From an uncultured Actinomycetota bacterium (GTDB taxonomy: Bacteria; Actinomycetota; Actinomycetes; Mycobacteriales; SCTD01): a stretch of 64,000 nucleotides of DNA. Positions 9,254 to 21,895 of the stretch are shown piece after piece (positions within the stretch are counted from its first letter, which is position 1; each line of letters begins with the position of its first letter). Where the stretch lies: assembly GCA_963760125.1 (NCBI GenBank), contig CAVXBV010000007.1, forward strand, positions 577,613 to 641,612. Reading direction: 5' to 3'. The position numbers were made by a program, and so were the translations under genes. The notes below the pieces were generated by a model, which did no database searches, was not told the origin of the DNA, and saw nothing but the letters and a program-made list of their open reading frames with translations.

Positions 9254-10096
9254 TCAGTGCCGGAGGGCGTCGTCGCCGCGAGGGCCTTGGCGACCGGGAC
9301 CGCCGGCCTTGGCGGCGTACATCGCCTGGTCTGCGCGCTTGAGCAGCGCGGCAGCCTCGAGGGGCGCGTCCGGAGCCAGCGTCAGCCCGATACTGGCGGT
9401 GACAGCAACGGCGTCACCGGTACGCGCGAGCGGCGTCGCGACCGCCTCGAGCAGCCGCTCGGCCATTCTCTCGGCCTCGTCGGCTCCGGGGAGGCCAGGG
9501 CAGAGGACGACGAACTCGTCGCCGCCGAACCGGCAGACCGTGTCGCCGTCGCGTACGGCCGCCCCCAGCCGCGCAGCGACGTGCTGGAGGAGCGCATCAC
9601 CGGTCGCGTGGCCGAGCCGGTCGTTGACCTGCTTGAAGCCGTCGAGGTCCAGGAACATCACCGCCAGCACGCCGCTGCTGTCCCTCCGCGCCAGCAGCTG
9701 CGTGAGCCGGTCAAGCAGCACGGTGCGGTTCACCAAGCCGGTCAAGGGATCAGTGAGGGCCAGGGCAGTGAGCCGTGCGTCGCGATCGTTGCGGACCCCG
9801 GAGGCGTAGACCGCGAAGCCGGAACCGATGGTGACGGCCGCCACCTGGATCGCGTGCGCCGCGGTCGCGAACTCGTTGTCCGGGAAGCCCAGCAGCACAG
9901 CCGTGACGATGCTTGCCCCGGCGATCATGATCGTCTGGCGACGGCTGCCCAGGGCGGCGCTCAGGAGCGGCGGCACGACGGCGAACTCCAGCAGGATCAC
10001 CGATCCGAAGAGCACGTCCGCCACGGTGACCAGCGCCAGCACGACCGCGGCGCCAGCGCTGTGCACGGTGGGGCGGCGCACGGGGGTGCGGGGCAT
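9254..10096 (-). CDS. membrane-anchored diguanylate cyclase (GGDEF)
   Basis: About four N-terminal TM helices followed by a GGDEF domain (DPLTGLVNR, LDLDGFKQVND, RFGGDEFVVL). No other sensory domain is visible. Confidence 0.8.
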   Translation of the reverse strand: MPRTPVRRPTVHSAGAAVVLALVTVADVLFGSVILLEFAVVPPLLSAALGSRRQTIMIAGASIVTAVLLGFPDNEFATAAHAIQVAAVTIGSGFAVYASGVRNDRDARLTALALTDPLTGLVNRTVLLDRLTQLLARRDSSGVLAVMFLDLDGFKQVNDRLGHATGDALLQHVAARLGAAVRDGDTVCRFGGDEFVVLCPGLPGADEAERMAERLLEAVATPLARTGDAVAVTASIGLTLAPDAPLEAAALLKRADQAMYAAKAGGPGRQGPRGDDALRH

Positions 10097-10180
10097 GGGG
10101 GGCGTCCCTCGTCAGTCGTCTGGGTCCTCGTCCAACGCCCCTAGGGTCCCAGCCGTGCCCGGCAACCGCAGGAGAACGGG

Positions 10181-11203
10181 TCAAACCGGGACGAGTACCT
10201 CGACCACGACCTGGGCGAGCCCGTCGTACCCCAGGGCTCGAGAGCCGGCACGTGACAGGTCCAGCACGCGGTCGCCGACGTACGGCCCTCGGTCGTTGAC
10301 CAGGCAGTTGATGCTGAAGCCGTTTCCGCTGACGTGCAAGACGGTCCCGAGGGGCACCTCCTTGTTGGCGCAGGTCAGCCGCTCCGGGTCGTACGGCGCT
10401 CCGCTGGCCGTTGGCCGGCCGACGAAACCTGGCCCGTACCAGGAGGCCGTCCCGCCGAAGGAGTCGCCGTTGCGGGCGTAGCCGATCGGGATGCCGGCGC
10501 CGGTCCGCTCGAGCAGCGCGATGACGGGCGCCTGGTCCTCGAGGGCCTTGCGGGAGCGTCGGGTCTGCGCCGGAGTGAGGCTGAGGGTCACCTGCGTGCT
10601 GACCTCGTCCAGCCGGCTCCGTGCAGCCTCGAGCGCGGCCCGAACAGTGAGGTCGTGCTCGACCTCGGCGAGGACCTTCGCCTGCGCGTAGAGCCGGCGC
10701 GCCCGGTCCTGCTCATCCAGCACCCCGGTCGCCTGGCTCAGCAGGCGCGCGTGGAAGGCATCGGCCTGGCGCTGCAGTGCGGCCAGCGCGCCCGCCTGAC
10801 CGGTCACCGCCTCCACAAGATCGCGACCGACGTCAAGGGCCGCACGCTCGCCTCGCCGGGCCAGCTCCTGCAACGCAGGTGCGGCGAGGTCGACCTGCCA
10901 GTTGCCCACGGGCGCGGCGGCCGCGGCCATGAACACCTGGCGGGCGCGGACGTCGAGCGCCTGCTGGGCGTCGCGCCGCTGGTCCTCGACCCGCGCGTAG
11001 GCGACGCGAAGTCCGCCGTCCTGCTGTGCGGCGCGGTCCAGCTCAGCGCCGAGCGCCGCAGCACGGTCGGTCGCGGCAGTCAGCTCGGCGGTCAGCCGAG
11101 GCAGGTCGCGGGCGGTGAGGGGTTCCGCGGTGGCCGCCGGCGCACTGGGGAAGGCGAGGGCCACGAGGGCAGCCGCGATCGCCGTGCGCCGAAGGAGGGT
11201 CAC
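10181..11203 (-). CDS. secreted RlpA-like double-psi beta-barrel protein with N-terminal coiled coil
   Basis: GTG 11203 gives a signal-peptide-like start (TLLRRTAIAAALVALAFPSAPAATA). A long Ala/Leu/Glu/Arg-rich helical region is followed by a C-terminal DPBB block GTASWYGPGFVGRPTASG...VNDRGPY. Confidence 0.7.
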   Translation of the reverse strand: MTLLRRTAIAAALVALAFPSAPAATAEPLTARDLPRLTAELTAATDRAAALGAELDRAAQQDGGLRVAYARVEDQRRDAQQALDVRARQVFMAAAAAPVGNWQVDLAAPALQELARRGERAALDVGRDLVEAVTGQAGALAALQRQADAFHARLLSQATGVLDEQDRARRLYAQAKVLAEVEHDLTVRAALEAARSRLDEVSTQVTLSLTPAQTRRSRKALEDQAPVIALLERTGAGIPIGYARNGDSFGGTASWYGPGFVGRPTASGAPYDPERLTCANKEVPLGTVLHVSGNGFSINCLVNDRGPYVGDRVLDLSRAGSRALGYDGLAQVVVEVLVPV

Positions 11204-11255
11204 GACAGCCTGTCGACCGGGGCTGACCCCGGCTTGACCCGTTAGCGTCCACCAC

Positions 11256-12281
11256 ATGCGAATCGGTGTGCTGACTGGAGGCGGGGACTGCCCCGGGCTG
11301 AACGCGGTGATCAGGGCCGTGGTGCGCAAGGGGACGGAGGTCTACGGCCACGAGTTCGTCGGGTTCCGGGACGGCTGGCGCGGACCGCTCGAGGGCGTGA
11401 CCATGACCCTGGACGTCCCGGCGGTCCGGGGGATCCTTCCGCGCGGGGGGACCATCTTGGGCTCGTCGCGGACCAACCCGCTCAAGGTCGACGGCGGCAT
11501 CGACACCATCAGAGGCAACCTGGGCGACCTCGGTGTCGACGCGCTCATCGCCATCGGAGGAGAGGACACCCTCGGCGTCGCGACCGCCCTCGCGGCGGAG
11601 GGGCTGCCTGTGGTGGGTGTCCCGAAGACCATCGACAACGACCTCAACGCCACCGACTACACCTTCGGCTTCGACACCGCCGTGCAGATCGCCGTCGACG
11701 CGATCGACCGCCTGCACACCACCGCCGAGTCGCACCACCGGGCCCTGATCGTCGAGGTCATGGGCCGGCACGCCGGCTGGATCGCGCTGCACTCCGGCCT
11801 GGCCGGCGGGGCCAACGTGATCCTCATCCCCGAACGTCGCTTCGACATCGACAAGGTCTGCGCGTACGTCACCGCTCGGTTCGAGCGGGACTACGCGCCG
11901 ATCCTGGTCGTGGCTGAAGGGGCCCAGCCCCTCGAGGGGACGATGGAGCTGCAGACCGGTGACGTCGACGCGTTCGGGCACGTACGCCTCGGGGGGATCG
12001 GGCAGGTGCTGGAGCGGGAGATCGAGGCGCGCACCGGCTTCGAGTCCCGGCAGACCGTGCTCGGCCACGTGCAGCGCGGTGGCACGCCCACCGCATACGA
12101 CCGGATCCTCGCCACCCGCTTCGGCCTGCACGCCATCGACGCGGTGCACGAGGGCGTCAGCGGGATCATGGTGGCGCTGCGAGGGACCGACATCGTCCGG
12201 GTCCCTCTCGCGGAGGCGACGACCGAGCTCAAGACGGTGCCGCTGGAGCGCTACCTGGAGGCTGAGGTCTTCTTCGGCTGA
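11256..12281 (+). CDS. pfkA: 6-phosphofructokinase
   Basis: MRIGVLTGGGDCPGLNAVIRAVV, IGGEDTLGVA, PKTIDNDL, MGRHAGWIAL. Full length at 341 aa. Confidence 0.9.
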   Translation: MRIGVLTGGGDCPGLNAVIRAVVRKGTEVYGHEFVGFRDGWRGPLEGVTMTLDVPAVRGILPRGGTILGSSRTNPLKVDGGIDTIRGNLGDLGVDALIAIGGEDTLGVATALAAEGLPVVGVPKTIDNDLNATDYTFGFDTAVQIAVDAIDRLHTTAESHHRALIVEVMGRHAGWIALHSGLAGGANVILIPERRFDIDKVCAYVTARFERDYAPILVVAEGAQPLEGTMELQTGDVDAFGHVRLGGIGQVLEREIEARTGFESRQTVLGHVQRGGTPTAYDRILATRFGLHAIDAVHEGVSGIMVALRGTDIVRVPLAEATTELKTVPLERYLEAEVFFG

Positions 12282-12307
12282 CCGGTCGCACCCCTGACTG
12301 CTTTCCA

Positions 12308-12371
12308 TGATCATCGGAGTCGGCGTCCACAGAATCGGCGCCAGATCCGTGTACGCCGACTCCGATGATCA
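12308..12371. repeat. 64-nt palindromic element (19-bp perfect arms) in a convergent intergenic gap; probable bidirectional terminator or REP-like element
   Basis: TGATCATCGGAGTCGGCGT (12308-12326) is the exact reverse complement of ACGCCGACTCCGATGATCA (12353-12371). The 26-nt interior is itself an imperfect palindrome centred on GGCGCC (12337-12342). It lies 27 nt after the pfkA stop and 50 nt after the helD stop. Confidence 0.7.
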
Positions 12372-12397
12372 CGGGGTGGGGGGATCACGGGGTGGGG
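12367..12397 (+). repeat. 15-nt direct repeat forming a four-tract G-run motif (G-quadruplex candidate)
   Basis: GATCACGGGGTGGGG occurs at 12367-12381 and again at 12383-12397. The G tracts are at 12373-76, 12378-83, 12389-92 and 12394-97. Confidence 0.55.
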
Positions 12398-12420
12398 AGC
12401 AGGCGGTCGCGGGTGGGCGC

Positions 12421-15766
<3,346 letters not shown>

Positions 15767-15767
15767 G

Positions 15768-17095
15768 TCACGTCGCGGTGAACGTCGCCGAGGCCTGGTT
15801 CGTGCCGTCGTCCGCCCGCACCTGGTGGTCACCGGGGATGTTCTGCGGGTCGCGCGCCGCGATCTGCGTGGTGAAGCGGCCGCGCTCGTCCGCGACGACG
15901 GTCGAGGTCGACCCCGGCGCCGCCGAACCGGGCGAGGTAGTCGACCTGCACCGGTTGCCCCGGCGTCCAGCCCGCGCCGCTGACCGTGATGTCGGTGTTG
16001 TTCGGCCCGCTGGTGGGGGACAGCTCGAGCGTCAGCGGCTCCGGGGTCACGGTCGGCTCGGGCGTCGCGGTCGGCGTCATCTCGGTCGGAGTGGGCGTGG
16101 GCGACGGGGTGATGACGTAGGTGCGGGGCGTCGGGCGCACGGACGGGGCGGGGGTCGGCGAGGCCGTGGGCCGAGGCGCCGCGGCGAGGACGGGTGCCTG
16201 GGTGACGACGGGGACGCCGCGGACGGCGCCTGCGGGGGAGATCGCGTCACCGCGACTGAGCATGATCCCGAGGCCCACGCCGGCGCCCACAGCCAGCACC
16301 AGCCCGAGCGCGATGAGGGACAGGGAGTAGCGCCGTCGGGGCTCGTCGTCGAGGTCGTCGTCGTACGGCACCGCGTCGTCCGTCGGCAGGGACGCGGCGG
16401 CCTGCGCCTGGACCGTGGCGAGGATCTGCTCGCGCGCGGCATCCGGCAGGGCGACCACCGTGAGCCCGGTGAGCAGGCGTCGGGCGCGCTCCTGCGCGTC
16501 CAGGACGTCCGCGCAGCGGCCGCAGGACTGCACGTGACGCCAGGTCGTGGCATCGCGGGCGGCCAGGGGACCACCCTCGGCGAGCCGGGCCAGGGCGCCG
16601 AGGTCGACGGCGTGACCGACGAGCGACAGCGGCGTCCCGCCGAGCAACGTCGGCAGGAACTGCAGGCGGGCTGCGCCGACGACCTCGATCGCTGCGTCGG
16701 CCTCGATCCCGAGGACGGTGCCGACCGCCGTCGCGGGCAGGTCGTAGGAGTCCCGCAGCAGCAGGGCAGCGCGTTCGCGCTCCGGCCGGGCCTCGAGGGC
16801 CTCCGCCAGCCGGACCTGGTTGGAGTCCCCGCTCAGCACGCCTCCACCGACGGGCAGCGAGTCCTCGCTGGCCCCGGTCACGGCGCGCCCGCGCACGCGG
16901 GCCCTCGCGAACCACCAGCCCACTGGCTCGCCGACCCCGTCCGGCTCCGAGGCCACGGCGTCCACGAGGTCGAGGGCGCTGCGCGAGGACCACCTCGATC
17001 GCCTGCTCCTGAGGGCAGCCGAGCCGACGCACGGCGTCGTGGACGCGGTCGGCGTGGACCCGCACCGTCGCCATGAGCTCGTCCACCACCAGCAT
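15768..17095 (-). pseudogene. sigma70-like / zinc anti-sigma (HxxxCxxC) / TM / Pro-Thr linker / Ig-like (IPT/TIG-type) fusion protein gene with two frameshifts
   Basis: Frame A from ATG 17095 reads MLVVDELMATVRVHADRVHDAVRRLGCPQEQAIEVVLAQ (region-2-like). Frame B (track ORF 15829..17175) reads ALDLVDAV..WWFARAR..RERAALLLRDSYDLPATAVGTVLGIEADAAIEVVGAARLQF (region-4-like), then HVQSCGRC, TM helix LSLIALGLVLAVGAGVGLGIML, a P/T-rich linker, and LELSPTSGPNNTDITVSGAGWTPGQPVQVDY. Frame C reads STSTVVADERGRFTTQIAARDPQNIPGDHQVRADDGTNQASATFTAT to TGA 15770-15768. The junctions lie near 16978 and 15912-15915. Confidence 0.55.
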
Positions 17096-17113
17096 CCGTC
17101 TACCTTAGGCAGC

Positions 17114-18093
<980 letters not shown>

Positions 18094-18097
<4 letters not shown>

Positions 18098-19473
18098 TGC
18101 GCGTGGATCGTCGTCAGCGCCCGGTCACCCGAGGGGTTGCCGCACCATGCGCCGTTCATGAACGTGGTCACGCCGACCCGGCGGACGTCGTACTGCTGCT
18201 GCACGGCGGTCCGGGTGTCGACGGCGCCCTTGCCCGGCGTGTAGGCGAAGACGTCGAAGCCGCGGGTGAGGTCGTTGGCGTAGAGGTACTTCGGGTTCTT
18301 GTACTGCTTCGCGCTCCAGGTGTCGGCATCGAGAGCGGTGAAGGACGCGAGCTCCTTCGGGACGCCGATGCGGCCGACGGTGTCGACGATGCGCACCCCC
18401 GCGGCGTAGCCCGCGTTCGAGAACGTCGTGTTCGACGGACCGAAGTCGAGCACGTGCGCGGTGCAGGTGAGGGTCCCGCTGTTGGTCGTCGCGGTCAGGC
18501 TGTTCTGCGGGTTGAAGGCGTAGAAACCCGTCTTGACCGGGACGAGCTCGTTGGTGATGTCGTAGACCGTGACGCCTCCGACGTTGCACACGCCGTTGGC
18601 CGCGGCACCGGCCTGCTCGTCCGTGACGTAGAGGGTCTTCTCGTCCGCCGTCAGGTCCGCCCCGTGGCTGATGTTGACGGCCGGGTCCACGATCCGGGTG
18701 ATGACCGTCGGGAGGGCGGGCTTGGTCGTGTCGAGGATCAACGTCTCGGTCAGCGCCGCGCTGTACCCGCGGGTGCCCTTCTTGTTGAAGGAGATGTCGT
18801 GGCTCGACAGGCCCGTCGGCAGGTCGAGCTGGTACACCTCCTTCATCTTCTTGACGTTGCTGACGTCGACGACGTTGATGCGACCGAGCATGCCTGTCCG
18901 GGAGCCGGACGTCTTCGGGGTGAGCTCGGAGTCGCTGACATAGAGGAATTTGCCACTCGGGTGCAGCGTGGAGTTGTGCGCCCCGTACGCGATCTTCACG
19001 AACCCGACGGGCCTCGGGTTGCGGACGTCGGAGATGTCCACGGCGATGACCCCGAGCGCTGGCGTCACGCCCGCGGGGAAGCAGGGAGCCGACTTCACGC
19101 CGCCGTCGACCCCCATGAACACGATGGTGCCGCGGATCTGCACGTCGTTCTGCGTGACGTTGCACGGCAGGAACCCGACCAGCGGCGGCTTCGCCGGGTT
19201 GGCCGTCAGGTCGAACAACCGAAGGGCTCCGGTGCCGCCGTGCGCGTTCTCCGACGGGGCCACGGCGTAGTCGCGGCCCTTGATCGTCGCGAACTCGAGG
19301 TCGGTCCCGCCCGTGTACGACCAGTTCGAGACGGGCGTCAGGTCGACACCGACGCCCTTGGCCGGCGTGCCCTGCTTGCCGGCCTCGGCCGGGAGAGTGG
19401 GCGCGGCGGAGGACAACTGGGGGAGGGCGAGCAGCGTGGCGGCGGCGAGGGCGAGCAGGGTGCGGGTGCGCAC
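18094..19473 (-). CDS. secreted LVIVD-repeat beta-propeller-like protein
   Basis: GTG 19473 is preceded by AGGAG. Signal peptide RTRTLLALAAATLLALPQLSSAAP. Recurrent hydrophobic-x-V-D strands (LGVIAVDIS, GRINVVDVS, GVTVYDIT, GVRIVDT). The gene looks more A/T-containing than its neighbours. Confidence 0.65.
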
Positions 19474-19537
19474 GAAGGGACTCCTGGTGGTCGGCGGTCC
19501 TGTTCCCTTCGCCACCCGGGAGCCGTTTCCTGCTGGC

Positions 19538-20554
19538 TCAGGTGAGGCGACGTCCGACCATCGGCGGCAGGTCCCTGCACGCAGCGGCGAGCTGGTCGAG
19601 GTCGTCGCCGAGCAGGGCCTGCGGACCGTCGCAGAGCGCCGTCGTCGGGTCGGGGTGCACGTCCACGATGATCCCGTCGGCGCCGATGGCGATCGCCGCG
19701 CGCGACAGCGGGACGACCAGGTCGCGGCGGCCGCCCGAGTGCGACGGGTCCACGACGACCGGCAGGTGCGAGAGGCTGTGCACCATCGGCACGGCGGAGA
19801 TGTCGAGGGTGTTGCGCGTGCCGGTCTCGAAGGTCCGGACGCCGCGCTCGCACAGGACGATGTCGAGGTTGCCGCGCTGCGCGACGTACTCCGCGGCCAT
19901 CAGCCACTCCTCGTAGGTCGCGGTCATGCCCCGCTTGAGCATCACCGGCTTGCCCGCGGAGCCGACAGCTTGCAGCAGCGCGAAGTTCTGCATGTTGCGG
20001 GTGCCGACCTGCAGCATGTCGGCCCACTCCGCGACGAGGGCCACGTCGGCGGCGTCGACCACCTCGGTGACGACCGGCAGGCCGGTCTCCTCGCGCACCT
20101 CAGCCAGGATGCGCAGGCCCTTCTCCCCGAGCCCCTGGAAGGCGTAGGGCGAGGTGCGCGGCTTGTACGCCCCCCCGCGCAGCAGGGTCGCCCCGGCGGC
20201 CTTGGCCATCTGCGCCGCAGCGAGCGTCTGCTCGGGCGTCTCGACCGCGCAGGGTCCGGCGATCAGGGTGAACGTGTCCGGGCCGATCGGTACGCCGGCG
20301 ACCTGGACCGTCGTCGCCTCGGGGTGGTGCTCCCGGCTGACCAGCTTGTACGGCTTGGAGACCCGGACGACCTCGCCCACGCCGGGCATCGCGCGCAGGT
20401 TCAGGCCCTGGAAGGCGACGACGTCACCGACCAGCCCGACGATGGTCCGCTGGACTCCTCGGCTGATGAAGGCGCTGCCGCCGGCCTGCTCCACACGGAA
20501 GACGACGGCGTCGATCTCCTCGGGGGTCGCGCCGGGGCGCATCACGACAACCAT
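19538..20554 (-). CDS. aroF: 3-deoxy-7-phosphoheptulonate synthase, class I-beta with N-terminal regulatory (FL/ACT-like) domain
   Basis: ATG 20554 is preceded by AGGAG at 6-nt spacing. The N-terminal ~65 aa form a small domain, followed by blocks LIAGPCAVE, LLRGGAYKPRTSPYAFQG, LQVGTRNMQN, KRG, DPSH. Confidence 0.85.
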   Translation of the reverse strand: MVVVMRPGATPEEIDAVVFRVEQAGGSAFISRGVQRTIVGLVGDVVAFQGLNLRAMPGVGEVVRVSKPYKLVSREHHPEATTVQVAGVPIGPDTFTLIAGPCAVETPEQTLAAAQMAKAAGATLLRGGAYKPRTSPYAFQGLGEKGLRILAEVREETGLPVVTEVVDAADVALVAEWADMLQVGTRNMQNFALLQAVGSAGKPVMLKRGMTATYEEWLMAAEYVAQRGNLDIVLCERGVRTFETGTRNTLDISAVPMVHSLSHLPVVVDPSHSGGRRDLVVPLSRAAIAIGADGIIVDVHPDPTTALCDGPQALLGDDLDQLAAACRDLPPMVGRRLT

Positions 20555-20576
20555 CTGGTGCTCCTGGAAAAGGGAA

Positions 20577-20602
20577 GAGCCCCGGGCAGGGGCCCGGGGC
20601 TC
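20577..20602 (-). terminator. intrinsic-terminator-like hairpin in the aroF leader (putative attenuator)
   Basis: On the minus strand: GAGCCCCGGGC-CCCU-GCCCGGGGCUC (11-bp perfect stem), followed by UUCCCUUUUCC, then AGGAG and the aroF ATG. No minus-strand gene ends upstream of it. Confidence 0.5.
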
Positions 20603-20618
20603 GTGTGGTCAGGTGCGG

Positions 20619-20675
20619 TCAGCAGGCACCCGGCCGGGAGTCCCGGTCGGGAAAGCCATACCAGCGGGTGCGCAC
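20619..20675 (-). CDS. candidate 18-codon leader peptide (V/M)RTRWYGFPDRDSRPGAC
   Basis: GTG 20675 to TGA 20621-20619, ending 16 nt before the hairpin. It contains adjacent Trp-Tyr-Gly-Phe codons (20663-20652). The Shine-Dalgarno is weak, so this is a hypothesis only. Confidence 0.3.
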   Translation of the reverse strand: MRTRWYGFPDRDSRPGAC

Positions 20676-20723
20676 GAGGACGACGGTACCCCACGTGAAG
20701 ATCGCTCCACCGGTGGGGAGAGG

Positions 20724-21371
20724 ATGGGTCGCGTGACCACCCCCTTCAGCCGGATCGGCGCGAAGAAGCGGGCAGCGGGGTTGCCCACGGACCGGCTCCC
20801 ACCGGGCCAGTACATCCCGCGCGGCTGGCCGGTCCTGCACTACGGCAGGGTGCCCGCCTTTGACCCGGTGACCTGGGACCTCCACGTCTTCGGCGCGGTG
20901 GCAGGGCAGGAGCGGCGGCTGTCCTGGTCGGATGTCGAGGCGCTGCCCCGCGAGGAGATCACCGCCGACTTCCACTGCGTCACCAAGTTCTCCCTGCTCG
21001 ACAGCACCTGGACCGGCATCGCCGTCCAGACGCTGCTCGACCTGGCGCCCCCCGGACCCACGGCCACGCACGTCATGGTCTGGGCGGAGTACGGCTACTC
21101 CTCGAACCTGCGGCTCGACGACGTTCGGCAGGGCCTGCTCGTGACGCATCGCAACGGTGAACCGCTGACCGCGGAGCACGGGTTCCCGTTACGACTGGTC
21201 GTGCCGCACCTGTACGCCTGGAAGGGCCCGAAGTGGGTGCGGGGCCTGGAGTACCTCACCGAGGACCGTCGTGGCTTCTGGGAGGAGCGCGGCTACCACA
21301 ACCTCGGCGACCCGTGGCGGGAGCAGCGTTACTCCTACCAGGAGGACGCCGGCGACGGGCCGGAGCTCTAG
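20724..21371 (+). CDS. sulfite-oxidase-like molybdopterin oxidoreductase (catalytic domain only)
   Basis: ATG 20724 is preceded by GGGGAGAGG; this is the last 215 codons of track ORF 20154..21371. Blocks DFHCVTKFS (Mo-ligand Cys context), GFPLRLVVPHLYAWKGPKWV, ERGYH. Confidence 0.8.
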   Translation: MGRVTTPFSRIGAKKRAAGLPTDRLPPGQYIPRGWPVLHYGRVPAFDPVTWDLHVFGAVAGQERRLSWSDVEALPREEITADFHCVTKFSLLDSTWTGIAVQTLLDLAPPGPTATHVMVWAEYGYSSNLRLDDVRQGLLVTHRNGEPLTAEHGFPLRLVVPHLYAWKGPKWVRGLEYLTEDRRGFWEERGYHNLGDPWREQRYSYQEDAGDGPEL

Positions 21372-21895
21372 TGCTCGAGAGCGACGAAGACCTCACCCGC
21401 CTCCAGGACCTGCTGGACCGCTCCGCCGCGCGCGCCACCGAGCACCTCACCTCGATCGTCACGCCGGAGCGTCGCCTCACCGCCCTCCAGCTCGTCCAGG
21501 TCGTCCACGGGATGTCGACGCTGGCGCTGTCCACGGTCACGGCCGACGGCGAACCGCGGGTGTCCGCGGTCGACGGGCACTTCTTGCGAGGGCGCTGGCT
21601 GTTCACCACCAGCGGGACGTCTGCCAAGGCGGTGCACCTGAGGGCGCGCCCTGCGTGCTCAGCAGCGCACCTGCGGGGTGACGCGCTGGGCGTCTTCACC
21701 CACGGCCGGGCCGTGCTCATGACGCCGTCGGAGGTCCCCGACTGGGTCGAGAGCCACCTGGTCGCGCACTACGGCTCCTCACCGACGAGCTGGGGCGACG
21801 ACATCGTCTACGCGTGGTTGCGACCCACCTGGATGGTGGCCTACGCCTTCGACCCGCCGGCGCTGCTGGAGGCGATCACGGCGACCGGGAGCTAG
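21371..21895 (+). CDS. pyridoxamine 5'-phosphate oxidase-family (split-barrel) protein
   Basis: GTG 21371 overlaps the upstream TAG by 1 nt. About 174 aa. The fold call is tentative, based on the general pattern (TLALSTVTADGEPRVSAV...F). Confidence 0.55.
   Translation: MLESDEDLTRLQDLLDRSAARATEHLTSIVTPERRLTALQLVQVVHGMSTLALSTVTADGEPRVSAVDGHFLRGRWLFTTSGTSAKAVHLRARPACSAAHLRGDALGVFTHGRAVLMTPSEVPDWVESHLVAHYGSSPTSWGDDIVYAWLRPTWMVAYAFDPPALLEAITATGS

Noticed and set aside
11243-11248. TAGCGT as a -10 box for a leaderless pfkA mRNA (7 nt before the ATG).
   Set aside because: It is plausible by position, but there is no convincing -35 element and the TANNNT pattern is weak evidence alone. It is not reported as a feature.
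19473-19511. An 8-bp inverted repeat (CGAAGGGA / TCCCTTCG) enclosing the SD of the LVIVD gene.
   Set aside because: The stem is short, the loop is 23 nt, and there is no supporting feature. This is within chance expectation for the region.
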